Positions 37,385 through 48,143 of a stretch of DNA of 64,000 nt are shown here, in pieces (position 1 is the stretch's first letter; every line of letters starts with the position of its first letter). Both the position numbers and the translations under genes were made by a program. The stretch spans positions 206,460,001 to 206,524,000 of the forward strand of contig NC_091984.1 in NCBI RefSeq assembly GCF_044704955.1. The letters run 5' to 3'. The notes below the pieces were generated by a model. The model was not told where the DNA came from. It saw nothing but the letters and a program-made list of their open reading frames with translations, and did no database searches. Origin of the DNA: Pristiophorus japonicus (Eukaryota).

Positions 37385-38625
37385 GATGTTTCCAGTAGAG
37401 TGGACAAGAGAGAACCAGTTGATGTGGTATATTTGGACTTTCAGAAGGCTTTCGACAAGGTCCCACACAAAAGAGATTAATGTGCAAAGTTAAAGCACAT
37501 GGGATTGGGGGTAGTGTGCTGACATGGATTGAGAACTGGTTGTCAGACAGGAAGCAAAGAGTAGGAGTAAATGGGTACTTTTCAGAATGGCAGGCAGTGA
37601 CTAGTGGGGTACCGCAAGGTTCTGTGCTGGGGCCCCAGCTGTTTACACTGTATATTAATGATTTAGATGAGGGGATTAAATGTAGTATCTCCAAATTTGC
37701 AGATGACACTAAGTTGGGTGGCAGTGTGAGCTGCGAGGAGGATGCTATGAGGCTGCAGAGTGATTTGGATAGGTTAGGTGAGTGGGCAAATGCATGGCAG
37801 ATGAAGTATAATCTGGATAAATGTGAGGTTATCCACTTTGGTGGTAAAAACAGAGACAGACTATTATCTGAATGGTGACAGATTAGGAAAAGGGGAGGTG
37901 CAACGAGACCTGGGTGTCATGGTACATCAGTCATTGAAGGTTGGCATGCAGGTACAGCAGGCGGTTAAGAAAGCAAATGGCATGTTGGCCTTCATTGCGA
38001 GGGGATTTGAGTACAGGGGCAGGGAGGTGTTGCTACAGTTGTACAGGGCCTTGGCGAGGCCACACCTGGAGTATTGTGTACAGTTTTGGTCTCCTAACTT
38101 GAGGAAGGACATTCTTGCTATTGAGGGAGTGCAGCGAAGGTTCACCAGACTGATTCCCGGGATGGCGGGACTGACATATCAATAAAGACTGGATCAACTG
38201 GGCTTGTATTCACTGGAGTTCAGAAGAATGAGAGGGGATCTCATAGAAACGTTTAAAATTCTGACGGGTTTAGACAGGTTAGATGCAGGAAGAATGTTCC
38301 CAATGTTGGGGAAGTCCAGAACCAAGGGTCACAGTCTAAGGATAAGGGGTAAGCCATTTAGGACCGAGATGAGGAGAAACTTCTTCACCCAGAGTGGTGA
38401 ACCTGTGGAATTCTCTACCACAGAAAGTTGTTGAGGCCAATTCTCTAAATATATTCAAAAAGGAGTTAAATGTAGTCCCTATGACTAGGAGGATCAAGGG
38501 GTACGGCGAGAAAGCAGGAATGGGGTACTGAAGTTGCATGTTCAGCCATGAACTCATTGAATGGCGGTGCAGGCTAGAAGGGCTGAATGGCCTACTCCTG
38601 CACCTATTTTCTATGTTTCTATGTA
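37385..38625 (+). mobile_element. Relatively young CR1 LINE 3' fragment (RT to tail)
   Basis: GVPQGSVLGPQLF, KFADDTKLGG and RPHLEYCVQFWSP motifs. Tail ttctatgtttctatgt. Confidence 0.93.
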
Positions 38626-38976
38626 GAAGCATGGAAGCAGATTGGGCACCTTTTCCTCAATCAGAGATAGTGCACAACATGAAGTGACCAATGTGAAGAG
38701 CAGCAAGAGAAATTGAAGAAGGAATCACCCCCTCAAACAAAAACCACAATTTTAATTCAATGTCTTAAATATTTTGGAATTATAAATGTAGAACTAAACT
38801 TTAATTAGCATAAAATGCTACTTGTGACAGAGGCATAATATATTCATTCTGCAACTTTTGTTTAAAAAAAAATCTCAAGTAGCTAAAATACTCTGACTAA
38901 ACACATTACATACCAATTTCCTGTCCTTCAAAAAAAATACAACTTATATAAATTTAAGAATGCTGCTTCCTCATAC

Positions 38977-39103
38977 CATCTTCCTGCTTGTGTCCAGGTT
39001 TCGCATACATAGCGTTGAGGGGAAATCCTGGCTCTCCAGGAATGGGAAAGTTAGTTATCCCCAAGGTATACATTTCCTTCTCTCCTTGATTTTTGGAGTT
39101 GCA
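38977..39103 (-). CDS. ARPC3: ARPC3 exon 5
   Basis: [42 protein letters not shown]. 127 nt. Confidence 0.97.
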
Positions 39104-39109
39104 CTATGT

Positions 39110-39530
39110 AAGAAAAGAAAAAAAAATGGATTTATATAAGCGCCTTTCACAACCACCGGATGTCCTAAAGTACTTTACAGACAATGAAGTACTTTTGAAG
39201 TGTAGTCACTGTTGTAATGTAGGAAACGCAGCAGATAATTTGCACACAGCAAGTTCCCACAAACAGCAATGTGATAATGACCAGATAATGTGTTTTAGTG
39301 ATGTCGATTGAGGGATAAATATTGGATAGGACACCAGGGATAACTTCCGTGCTCTACCTCGAAATAGACAAACGGGGCCTCGGTTTAACGTCTCATCTGA
39401 AAAACGCTCCTCCAACTGGGCAGCACTGGAGTGTCAGCCTCTGTTTTGGTGCTCAAGTCTCTGGAGTGGGACTTGAACCCACAATCTTCTGATTCAGAGG
39501 CGAGAGTGCTACTCACTGAACCACAGCTGA
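39110..39530 (-). mobile_element. DeuSINE whose 3' tail abuts the ARPC3 exon 5 acceptor
   Basis: tRNA head at about 39460-39530 (gggacttgaaccc, ctgaaccacagctgac), body, and tail ending ...cttatataaatccatttttttttctttcttacatag. Confidence 0.88.
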
Positions 39531-39933
39531 CAAAAAATGATCACTCAGATCCTAAAATAATCCAGAAGCATGTAAGGGATGAAATACACCATACTACTTT
39601 ACGAAACATAGAAAACTGTTCAGTAACTTCACAACTCAGAGAGAGATACAGCAGTAGCAGTCTAAATAGCAATGAGTTCCTGGATTTCTTCTATTGTCCT
39701 ACTACATTTGTAACAGCTTTTTGAGCGAATCCCTACTGTAACAGAAACATTCTAACCACCACTCTGCCTGACTGAAATCACTTCTTGACTAACTATGAAG
39801 CATTACTCAGATCACACACAGGATGGAATTATCTCATGTGGCACTACAGAAGCCTGGAGCTAGACTGCCTGCCAACCCTCACAGCTGACAAGAGCAGAGC
39901 AATAAAAGTTAGTGTATCAGCATTTCCCCTTAC

Positions 39934-40002
39934 CTTTTGTAATTTTTTGAGGCATTCAGTGATGTAGAGGGTGATATAAATCAAGGTTCTGTCAGCTTCA
40001 TT
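39934..40002 (-). CDS. ARPC3: ARPC3 exon 4
   Basis: [23 protein letters not shown]. 69 nt. Confidence 0.97.
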
Positions 40003-40964
40003 CTGCAAATAAAAACACGTTAGTTGAACATTCTAGAGTGCAGCATTAAAATGTAGGAACATAGGAACAGGAGTAAGCCCTTCAGCCCCTCGAGCCTGTT
40101 CCACCATTCAATTAGACCATGGCTGATCTGTTCCTTCTTCCGTAATCCTTAATGCCCTTGTCTAACACAAATCTATCAATCGCAGTTTTAAAATCATTTT
40201 ACTGGCCTTGCCTCAACAGCTTTTTTGGAGAGGGGAAAGTGAGTAGGGCACAGTATTGCAGGCAAAACTTACTTTTAAAATTATTCCCATTAAAACATAA
40301 GCGGCGGCATCTCATCATACCTGTTAAAGAGGAAGTCCCAAGTAACTGTACTCATTTTAATATGAAAGTGTTTAAGATTAAGCAAAGTAATGTCTGCTAG
40401 CCAGATCCCCAAGGAGACTTATCAGCACTCAAAGTGTAAACAAAATCGAAGAAGATTTTTTGTAAGTTTTTAAAAAAGAATAATTGAGGGAGACTCCCTC
40501 TAAGGAATGTATAACAGATTACTAGCTTCACCGTATTATGGTTTTATATCCCTATACTTAATAGGCTTGTTAATGTGTTTCTTTTTGAAAAGTATTTTTC
40601 CCCCTTTTTCTCAATCCCTACACACTAGAGGGCAGGCAGAGAATCTGCTCCAAGTGTTGCATCAATGCAACTCATGGATCAGTTAACAGGATGTGCACAT
40701 GAATGATGCATGATGACTATCCTTCTGATCTTCCTGCTCCTTAGGACATCCAGTTGGCTCCTCCCTATAGTGGTACGGCTGATATCAGGAATTCACTGAA
40801 AAGCAGCAGATGCAAATCCATATCCCACTATTTTATGCCAAAGTAATCTCACTGATATACTTTCTGCAGTGCATTATTCCCTTCAATGCGTATCAGATAT
40901 GACAGTCTCCATTTTTTTTAATAAATTCTTCAAAATATGACAAAATCATAGACCAAAAACTTAC

Positions 40965-41041
40965 CTTTATTTCATAGTTTTTGAAGAAAACATTTGCCTT
41001 AAAATAGTAGATTGCTTCATCAATTACATCAGTGTCTTTGG
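40965..41041 (-). CDS. ARPC3: ARPC3 exon 3
   Basis: (T)[25 protein letters not shown]. 77 nt. Confidence 0.97.
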
Positions 41042-42333
41042 CTGGAAGAAAAAATTATTGGTACTTCAATAATCAAATCGCATACTTAAATCCTTAAAAC
41101 ACATGACATTTCCTATTCTGTCCTCCCCAATCAGGAGATACACTTGACTAGTCAAGTAAGACATTCCAATAGTCAATGAACTCTCTTCTGCAGGCAACCT
41201 GGTCTAAACGAGAAAAGCTTGTCCTCTTAGAGAATGCTCAGGGTGAACAGATCACACAAAACTAGGATTCGTAGTCTGGTCTCCGTAGTTGAATTGCCTC
41301 TAAGCAAACTGATATTTTCTTAACTGCTGCAAACTACACAATTTTAGCACATATTATATTTGACTAAGAATGTGAAGTGACAGTCTCTACATAGGTTGAT
41401 AGACCACCAGGTGACTTGTGAGTGATACAAGACTAGAACCTCCTCAAGCTCATTTCATTCTCTAAACATGATCACAACTAATAAACTCACCTTCCGAGTG
41501 AAGCTTGAAAGTATAATTTACTAATAATTGCATTTTCCCTAACCACCCTCTCCATTCTCTCAAACTCTCTCTACCCAGGAGGAAGGTAGGTCAGCATCTA
41601 CTGCCAGGCCTCTGCTAATATCACTTGTAAATAGCTACTAGGTCTGAGTCACAAAAGGTGACTTGCCTTATAGTATTACAAATGTTTTACCTCAGCATCT
41701 CTCCAGGGAACTCAACCGAGATTCACTATTGTAAGTACAAATTAAATTTGCATTCAACAACTCCAATGGAGTGTTGTCCAATACATTTGCCACTGGCCAC
41801 ACCTGGCTAATTAGGAATCCAGATGTGGCTAACTGCATTTCTGATTAATAACAAATGAGTAATAGACACTGTCGTTGGGCATGGGATCTCAATACCCATA
41901 TTGACACAGTGTATGAATCTGTACTTTAACCTTTTTATGCATTTGTTGGTAAAATGGCAAAAAGAAAAGCAGTGTATGCAAGTGTTTGTTGATTGTTGGG
42001 AGTCCTTTATTACCTTGGCTGCTCAATGATGGTAGACAGTGAATAAGTAAATAAATGTGAAGTACATTTCTTTCTATTGTGTGTAAGGGGTTTTATGCAT
42101 GTGGCTAAAACTGTGTCACTGCAGCCACTCCTGTGGCTAGTCAGTAATTTCTATCGTGGCAACACTGCTCTAGTGCAACATGTCAATTTATAAACTATTG
42201 CACATCACTTAGCTCCCTAGCACCAAGATTCTCTTGAAAAATCATTAACTACAGTTTTTAATTGAAAAACTAACATTTAAATGGATAAAAGCATTATATA
42301 TATTATTTATAAAAAATACATCTCAAAACTTAC

Positions 42334-42433
42334 TTTCTTTGGCAGCTGGTCCTTTAAATTGGGTCCTAAGTGGCAATAATGCCATGTTTCCAATTAGTTT
42401 TACATCAGTGTCCATGAGGGTTGAATGATAAGC
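42334..42433 (-). CDS. ARPC3: ARPC3 exon 2
   Basis: [33 protein letters not shown]. 100 nt. Confidence 0.97.
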
Positions 42434-42594
42434 CTAAGGGAGAGAAATAAAACAATCAGAAATACTCTCCCTTTCCATCATTCACTTCAACTTGAATGCT
42501 CATGTTAAAAACATTTCCAAATTAGACTTTGCGATTTTTTTCTTTGTGACTGGGTAAGGTCAGCACTTTCAGACTGCATCTTCTAGTAAAATGA

Positions 42595-44590
42595 ATAAGA
42601 ACGTAAGAAATGGAGCAGGAGTAGGCCACTTGAGCCTGCTCCGCCATTCAATGAGACCACGGCTGATCTTCTCCCTCAACTCCGCTTTCCTGCATTGTCC
42701 CCATATCCCTTGATATCCAAAAATCTATCGGTCTCAGTTTTAAAAATACTCAAAGACTGAGCCACCACAGCCTTCTGGGGTAGAGAATTCTAAAGATTCA
42801 TCATCCTCTTGAGTGAAGAAGTTTCTCCTCATCTCAGTCCTAAATGGCCGACCCCTTATTCTGAGATTGTGACCCCTGATTCCAGACTCCCCAGCCAGGG
42901 GAAACATCCTCCCTGCATCTACCCTGTAAGAATTTTGTATGTTCCAATTAGATCACATCTCATTCTTCTAAACTCTATGGAGAATAGGCATAGTTTACTT
43001 AATCTCTCCTCATAGGACAATACCCCCCATCCCAGGAATCAGTCGGATGAACCTTTGTTGCACTCCCTCTATGGCAAGTATATCCTTGCTTAAGGTATGG
43101 AGACCAAAACTGTACACAATACTCCAGGTGCGGTCTCACCAGGGCCCTATATAATTGCAATAAGATGTCTTTACTCTTATACTCAAATCTTCTTGGAATA
43201 AAGGCCAACATACCATTTGCTTTCTTAATTGCTTGCTGTACTTTCAGTGATTCTTGTATAAGGACACCCAGGGTCCTCTGAACAACAACATTTCCCAATC
43301 TCTCACCATTTAAAAAATGCTCTACTTTTCTATTTTTCCTGCCGAAGTGGATAACTTCACATTTCTCCCCATTATATTCCATTTGCCATGTTTTTGCCCA
43401 CTCACTTAGCCTGTCTATATCCCCTTGAAGCCTCTTTGCATCCTGCTCGCAACTTACATTCCCACCTAGCTTTGTATCATGGGCAAACTTGGATATATTA
43501 CATTTGGTCCCCTCATCCAAATCATTGACATAGAATGTGAATAGGTGGGGCCCAAGCACCGATCCTTGCAGCACCCCACTAGTTATAGCCTGTCAACCCA
43601 AAAATGACCCTCTTTATTCCCACACTCCGTTTTTTGTCCATTAATCAATTCTCAATCCATGCTAGTATATTACTCCCAATCCCAGGAGCCCTAATTTTGT
43701 TTAATAACCTCTTGTGTGGTACCTTATCGAATGCATTCTTAAAATCCAAATACACCACATCCACTGGTCCCCCCTTATCTATTCTACTAGTTACAACCTC
43801 AAAAAACCTCAGATTTATTAAACACGATTTCCCTTTCATAAATCCGTGTTGGCTCTGCCCAATCCCATTATTATTTTCTAAGTGCCCTGTTACCACATCC
43901 TTAATAATAGATTCGAGCAAATTCCCTATGACTGATGTCAGGCTAACTGCTCTGTAGTTCCCCATATTCTTTCTCCCTCCTTTCTTAAATAGCGGGGTTA
44001 CATTAGCTACCTTCCAATCTGCGGGAACCATTCTAGAATCTATGGAATTTTGGAAGATGACAATCAATGCATCCACCATCTCTATAGCCACCTCTTTCAA
44101 AATCCTAGGTTGTAGGCCATCAGGTCCAGGGGATTTATCAGCTTTCAGCCCATTAATTTCTCCAGTACTATTTTTCTTACTGATAATTTCTTTCAGTTCC
44201 TTATTCTCATGAGACCCTTGGTTCTCCGCTATTTCCAGGATGTTTTTTGTGTCTTTTTCCATGAAGATAGACACAAAGTATTTGTATAATTTCTCTACCA
44301 TTTTCTTGTTCCCCGTTATAATTTCTCCTGTCTCAGCCTGTAAGAGACCCACATTTACTTTCACTAATCTTTTCCTTTTTACATACCTACAGAAGCTTTT
44401 ACTGTCTGTTTTTTATGTTTCTCGCTAGTTTACTCATTCTATTTTCCCTTTTATCAATTTCTTGGTCCTCCTTTGCTAAATTCTAAAATCCCCCCCAATC
44501 CTTAGGCTTACTGCTCTTTTTGGCAACATTATAAGCCTCTTCCTTTGATCTACCACTATCTTTAACTTCTCGTTAGTCACAGTTGGACTA
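42595..44590 (-). mobile_element. CR1 LINE 3' fragment (about 2 kb) in ARPC3 intron 1
   Basis: ORFs 43645-44364 and 42999-43574: KSPGPDG, WKVANVTPLFKKG, VYLDFKNAFDKVPH, RPHLEYCVQFWSP. Confidence 0.93.
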
Positions 44591-44894
44591 GAATGTAGGC
44601 TGCCCAATGAATGTCAACCATTAGATTACATTACAGAGCTCAAATCATTCATTTCAGAGCGCTAAACACGATATTTTCCCTACAAATAAAGTTTTTGGGA
44701 CATAAAAAACAAAAATAACTTTTTTTAACCTTGCTTAGGCCTTATTGGCCTACTTCCTGATCTCTCACATTCCATTTCATCATTTCTTTTACACTGCACT
44801 GCCACGAATTAACATCAATTCAGTGCGAGTTAAAAACACTCCGACATACAAACGTTTTAAAAAAAATATATATATATTTGTTAGGCAAACTTAC

Positions 44895-44900
44895 CGGCAT
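44895..44900 (-). CDS. ARPC3: ARPC3 exon 1 coding part (MP)
   Basis: aaaATGCCG/gtaagt in CpG-rich context. Joins exon 2 to give MPAYHS. Confidence 0.9.
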
Positions 44901-45237
44901 TTTAGAAACTGCAACGGAGCAAGCTCTGGAGATAAACGGAGTCTGCGCCTGTCAGTGTCAGCGCTTCCGCCTGTCCCACCCTGTCGGGAGCGAGTACGGC
45001 GAACGCCACTCTCACGTGACACAAGAGGTCAGGATACGCTGTGGCTGCGCAGTAAAGGTTTTCTTATGCTGTTAGGCTGCGCCATCGCGTTTAAGCATCA
45101 CGTGTGAAGATATCGCTTTTACTGCATATAAAGTGCAGCAATACAACTCATCACAGCACCCCTGAGCTTAGGAGGGAAGGTTTCGCCGGACCTGTGCTGG
45201 AATATTGTAGGAGGATAAGATTGTGTTTAGCTGAGGT
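44901..45237 (-). promoter_or_regulatory. ARPC3 5'UTR / core promoter with E-boxes
   Basis: CpG-rich, with TCACGTGA at 45012-45019 and CACGTG at 45099-45104. Confidence 0.6.
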
Positions 45238-46578
45238 CATCATGATCATCATAGGCAGTCCCTCAAAATCGAGGAACATTGGTGACAAGAACACGGATGA
45301 GCTTCACTCAACCATGGCTACTCTGGGCTCGTTAAAGGATTTTACGGTGGGCAATGATTGGGAGGCCTTTAGGGAAAGGCTCAAGTACTACTTTACAACA
45401 AATGACCTGATTTTGTGGTGGGGGGGTGGGGGGGGGACATGGACGCACTGAGAGAAAAGCGTACGGCGATATTGCTTTCCAGTTGTGATGAGGTTTACTG
45501 TCTTGTCAGGGATTTGCTGGCACCCGCGAGCGCCAGGGACAAGTCCTATGAGGAGCTGATTGAAACTGAAGGCGAGCATCCTCATGGCCAGGCACAAATT
45601 CTACCATCACTGCAGATCTGAGGGCCAGGATGTCACCAAATATGCTGCGGACCTCAGGAGACTCGCGGTGCCGTGTGATTTTGGCACACACCTTGATGAG
45701 GCGTTGCGAGACGTTTTTGTTCTGGGGATTGGCCATGAGGGTCTCCTTCACAAGCTGCTATCCACTGAACCCACAGTCACTCTGAAGCAAGCCATCACCA
45801 TCAGCCGGGCATTTATGACCTCGACTTGCAGCACCAAGCAGATGATCCACACAGTCTTGAACCCGGCAGGCACTGTCCACAGGACAGCGCCTGCCACGGA
45901 CAAAACTGCAGAACGTGGCTCTGCCCAGGGCAGAGAGCACGGACCTCGGGGTCCTGGAACTCAGAGTCCGCCAAGGGAGGCTAATCGAGTAGCACCATGC
46001 AGGCGCTGCGGAGGAAGCCATGGGGCTCACCGGTCAGGTTTGCGGAGTATACGTGCAATGCCTGCCACACAAAAGGCCACCTTCAGCGTATGTGCAAAAG
46101 AAACCTGACTCACTGTGTGGCTGAGGAGATGGTAAAAGATCCCAGCGAGGAGCAGGCAGAAGAAGATGAGGCCTTTGGACTGTATACGTGTACCGACGAT
46201 TCGGCCCCAGTGATTATGGAAGTCAAGATTAACGGAGTCCCAGTGAGTATGGAAGTGGACACGGGGTCGAGTCAGTCGTTGATGAGTCAGGAAACTTTTG
46301 ATAAATTGTGGGTCAACCCAGCTGCACGACCCAAGCTGGTGCCGGTCACGGCGAAGCTGCGTACCTACACCAGGGAACTGATACCTGTTCTTGGCAGAGC
46401 GGATGTGCAGGTATCTCACGGGGGTGAGACGCACGGTTTACCTTTGTGGATCATTGCAGGCGATGGGCCGACGCTACTCGGCAGGAGTTGGATGGGGAAG
46501 GTCCGTGGGAGCTGGGAAGACTTCATTCCTCCACAGACCGCTGTCCCCCGGGTTCCCAAAGAGCAGTGCCGACCGAGC

Positions 46579-47030
46579 TGGAGGAGAAAGAAGCAGTTCA
46601 TCGGCAGTCTCAATCCCCACACAGATGAGCAGACCCGGGAGAGCAGTTTTATAAGTACGGGCCGATCGCTGAGGTGCGAGCCGGCGGGGCGCTGCAGGCG
46701 ATGAACGGGAAATCCACCGATGGCCGGCAAGTCCGGGGGGCCCACTCGAAGAAAAAGTCGGACGGCGGTCGCGGCTGCGGTGGTGGCGGCTACGGCGGCT
46801 GCAGGAGAGGCAGAAATTACGGGGACAACGACAGGAGCAGAGGCTACAACGGCAGCGGAGGCTACGGCGGCGGCCGATGTGACTCGGGAGAGCACGATTA
46901 CTCGGGCGGGTACAAGAGCCAGAGCGGCGGATACGGCAGCAATTACGGAGGCCGCTCTCACAGGGACTATGACTGATCAATTCCAAAGAACCACTTCTGC
47001 CGGAGTCAAGATCAAATTGTTCTTGGCTGT
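46579..47030 (+). pseudogene. Captured processed copy of a CIRBP/RBM3-family cold-inducible RNA-binding protein mRNA
   Basis: KQFIGSLNPHTDEQTR[-1 shift]EQFYKYGPIAEV..ALQAMNGKSTDGRQVR..RGG/YGG tail..GGRSHRDYD* versus recalled RBM3/CIRBP KLFVGGLNFNTDEQ..FSKYGQISEV..AMNGKSVDGRQIRVD..GGNYRDNYDN. 3'UTR motif TCAAGATC...TGGCTGT at 47006-47030. Confidence 0.87.
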
Positions 47031-47930
47031 TTTTCTTCTTTTCTTTCTTCTTATTCCTTCTATTCCTTCTTTAAACTCCATCCACAACTGCACGAAGAGA
47101 GCAAAACGTCACGCCAGCGAGCTTAAGATGGTGGCGAGCCTCGTGGCAGCAGAGCCCTGCAGAGAAAGGCAAGCAGAGCAACTAAAATGGTGGCGCCCAG
47201 TGGAAGCCTCTTGGAAAACACAAAATGGCGTCTTAAAAGGGAAATGTACCCGGGAGTCTTAAAAGGGTCTTACCAAAAGAGACTTTTGTAAGGCAAGAGG
47301 GAATCTAAATGAGCAATGTGATTGTAGGATGACGGATTTATGATGAGTTAATGTTTTAATGCTGAATGGTTACTGTGTTGAAAATAATGGATAGGAATTA
47401 CGAAAAGAGTTAATACCACGAGGTACAAGTAAAAGGATAATGGATCCGTGACTAATGCGATTTTCGATTTATGTGCTTCATGCTATGGTTCAGCGGCTGC
47501 AGGTGAGCCGCTAAGGCGACTACTTTCTGAGAACAGAGGCAACGCACTAGTTGCGATACCTTGTCTCAGCGCAGCCCATTACCTCGGGCAAAAAGGGGCA
47601 GTATACCACCACCGTACCTCACCCAGAGGAGCTGGGATTAAATAACTGTTCACTGTACCTGCAACCTTTTGACATAACATCTGTACCACATATATGTACC
47701 ATACAAATGTACTGTCTATGTATACCTGCTTTCTGTTGGAGGTTATGCTCGTGTACTTCATCCCCCATGTAAGGACTGCAAACACCACGTGCTTGCACCG
47801 GATCGCAAGCATAATCTCCACATGGGAGAGAAGAGGGAAGTGGATGGTCATGGACTCACACTCACAAATTGACCAGGACGAACAAGGCCGAGGTTACCGG
47901 CAATGGCTTTTGGAACTGGGGGGAGTGAAA

Positions 47931-48143
47931 TGTTATGTATTGTCCAGGTACATTAAATGTATAAGTACAATGGTGTGCCACAGAGGGCGCTGTGGTGGGA
48001 GACCTGGAAAGTACCTGCAAGACAGAGTATAAAAGGCTGCCCACCACACCCGAGAGGCACTCTAGAGTTGAACAATAAAGGACTAAGGTCACAGCAGTTT
48101 CTACAACACCAGAGTCAGTAATTTGAGTGCTACATACATTACA
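47931..48143 (+). mobile_element. 3' LTR of Gypsy element 3
   Basis: TGTTATGT...ACATTACA termini, TATAAAA, AATAAA and gactaaggtcaca shared with the element 2 LTR. Preceded by the PPT. Confidence 0.88.

Larger units (their letters stand above)
45277..48143 (+). mobile_element. Non-autonomous Mag-like Gypsy element 3 (gag-protease, no RT/RH/IN) carrying a captured host mRNA; 5' LTR missing
   Basis: CA followed by PBS TGGTGACAAG at about 45277-45289. gag ATG 45314 (MATLGSLKDFTVGNDWEAFRERLKYYF), CCHC knuckles, protease VDTGS (46255-46269). PPT tggggggagtgaaa and 3' LTR 47931-48143. Confidence 0.9.

Noticed and set aside
46416-47262. Ala/Thr-rich ORFs 46720-47262 (+) and 46416-46961 (-) as novel proteins
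   Set aside because: They are alternative frames or the antisense of the GGC/TAC-rich RGG-coding captured sequence.
47551-47645. Peptide RYLVSAQPITSGKKGQYTTTVPHPEELGL as a second captured gene
   Set aside because: I could not match it confidently to any known protein. Left as unexplained cargo.
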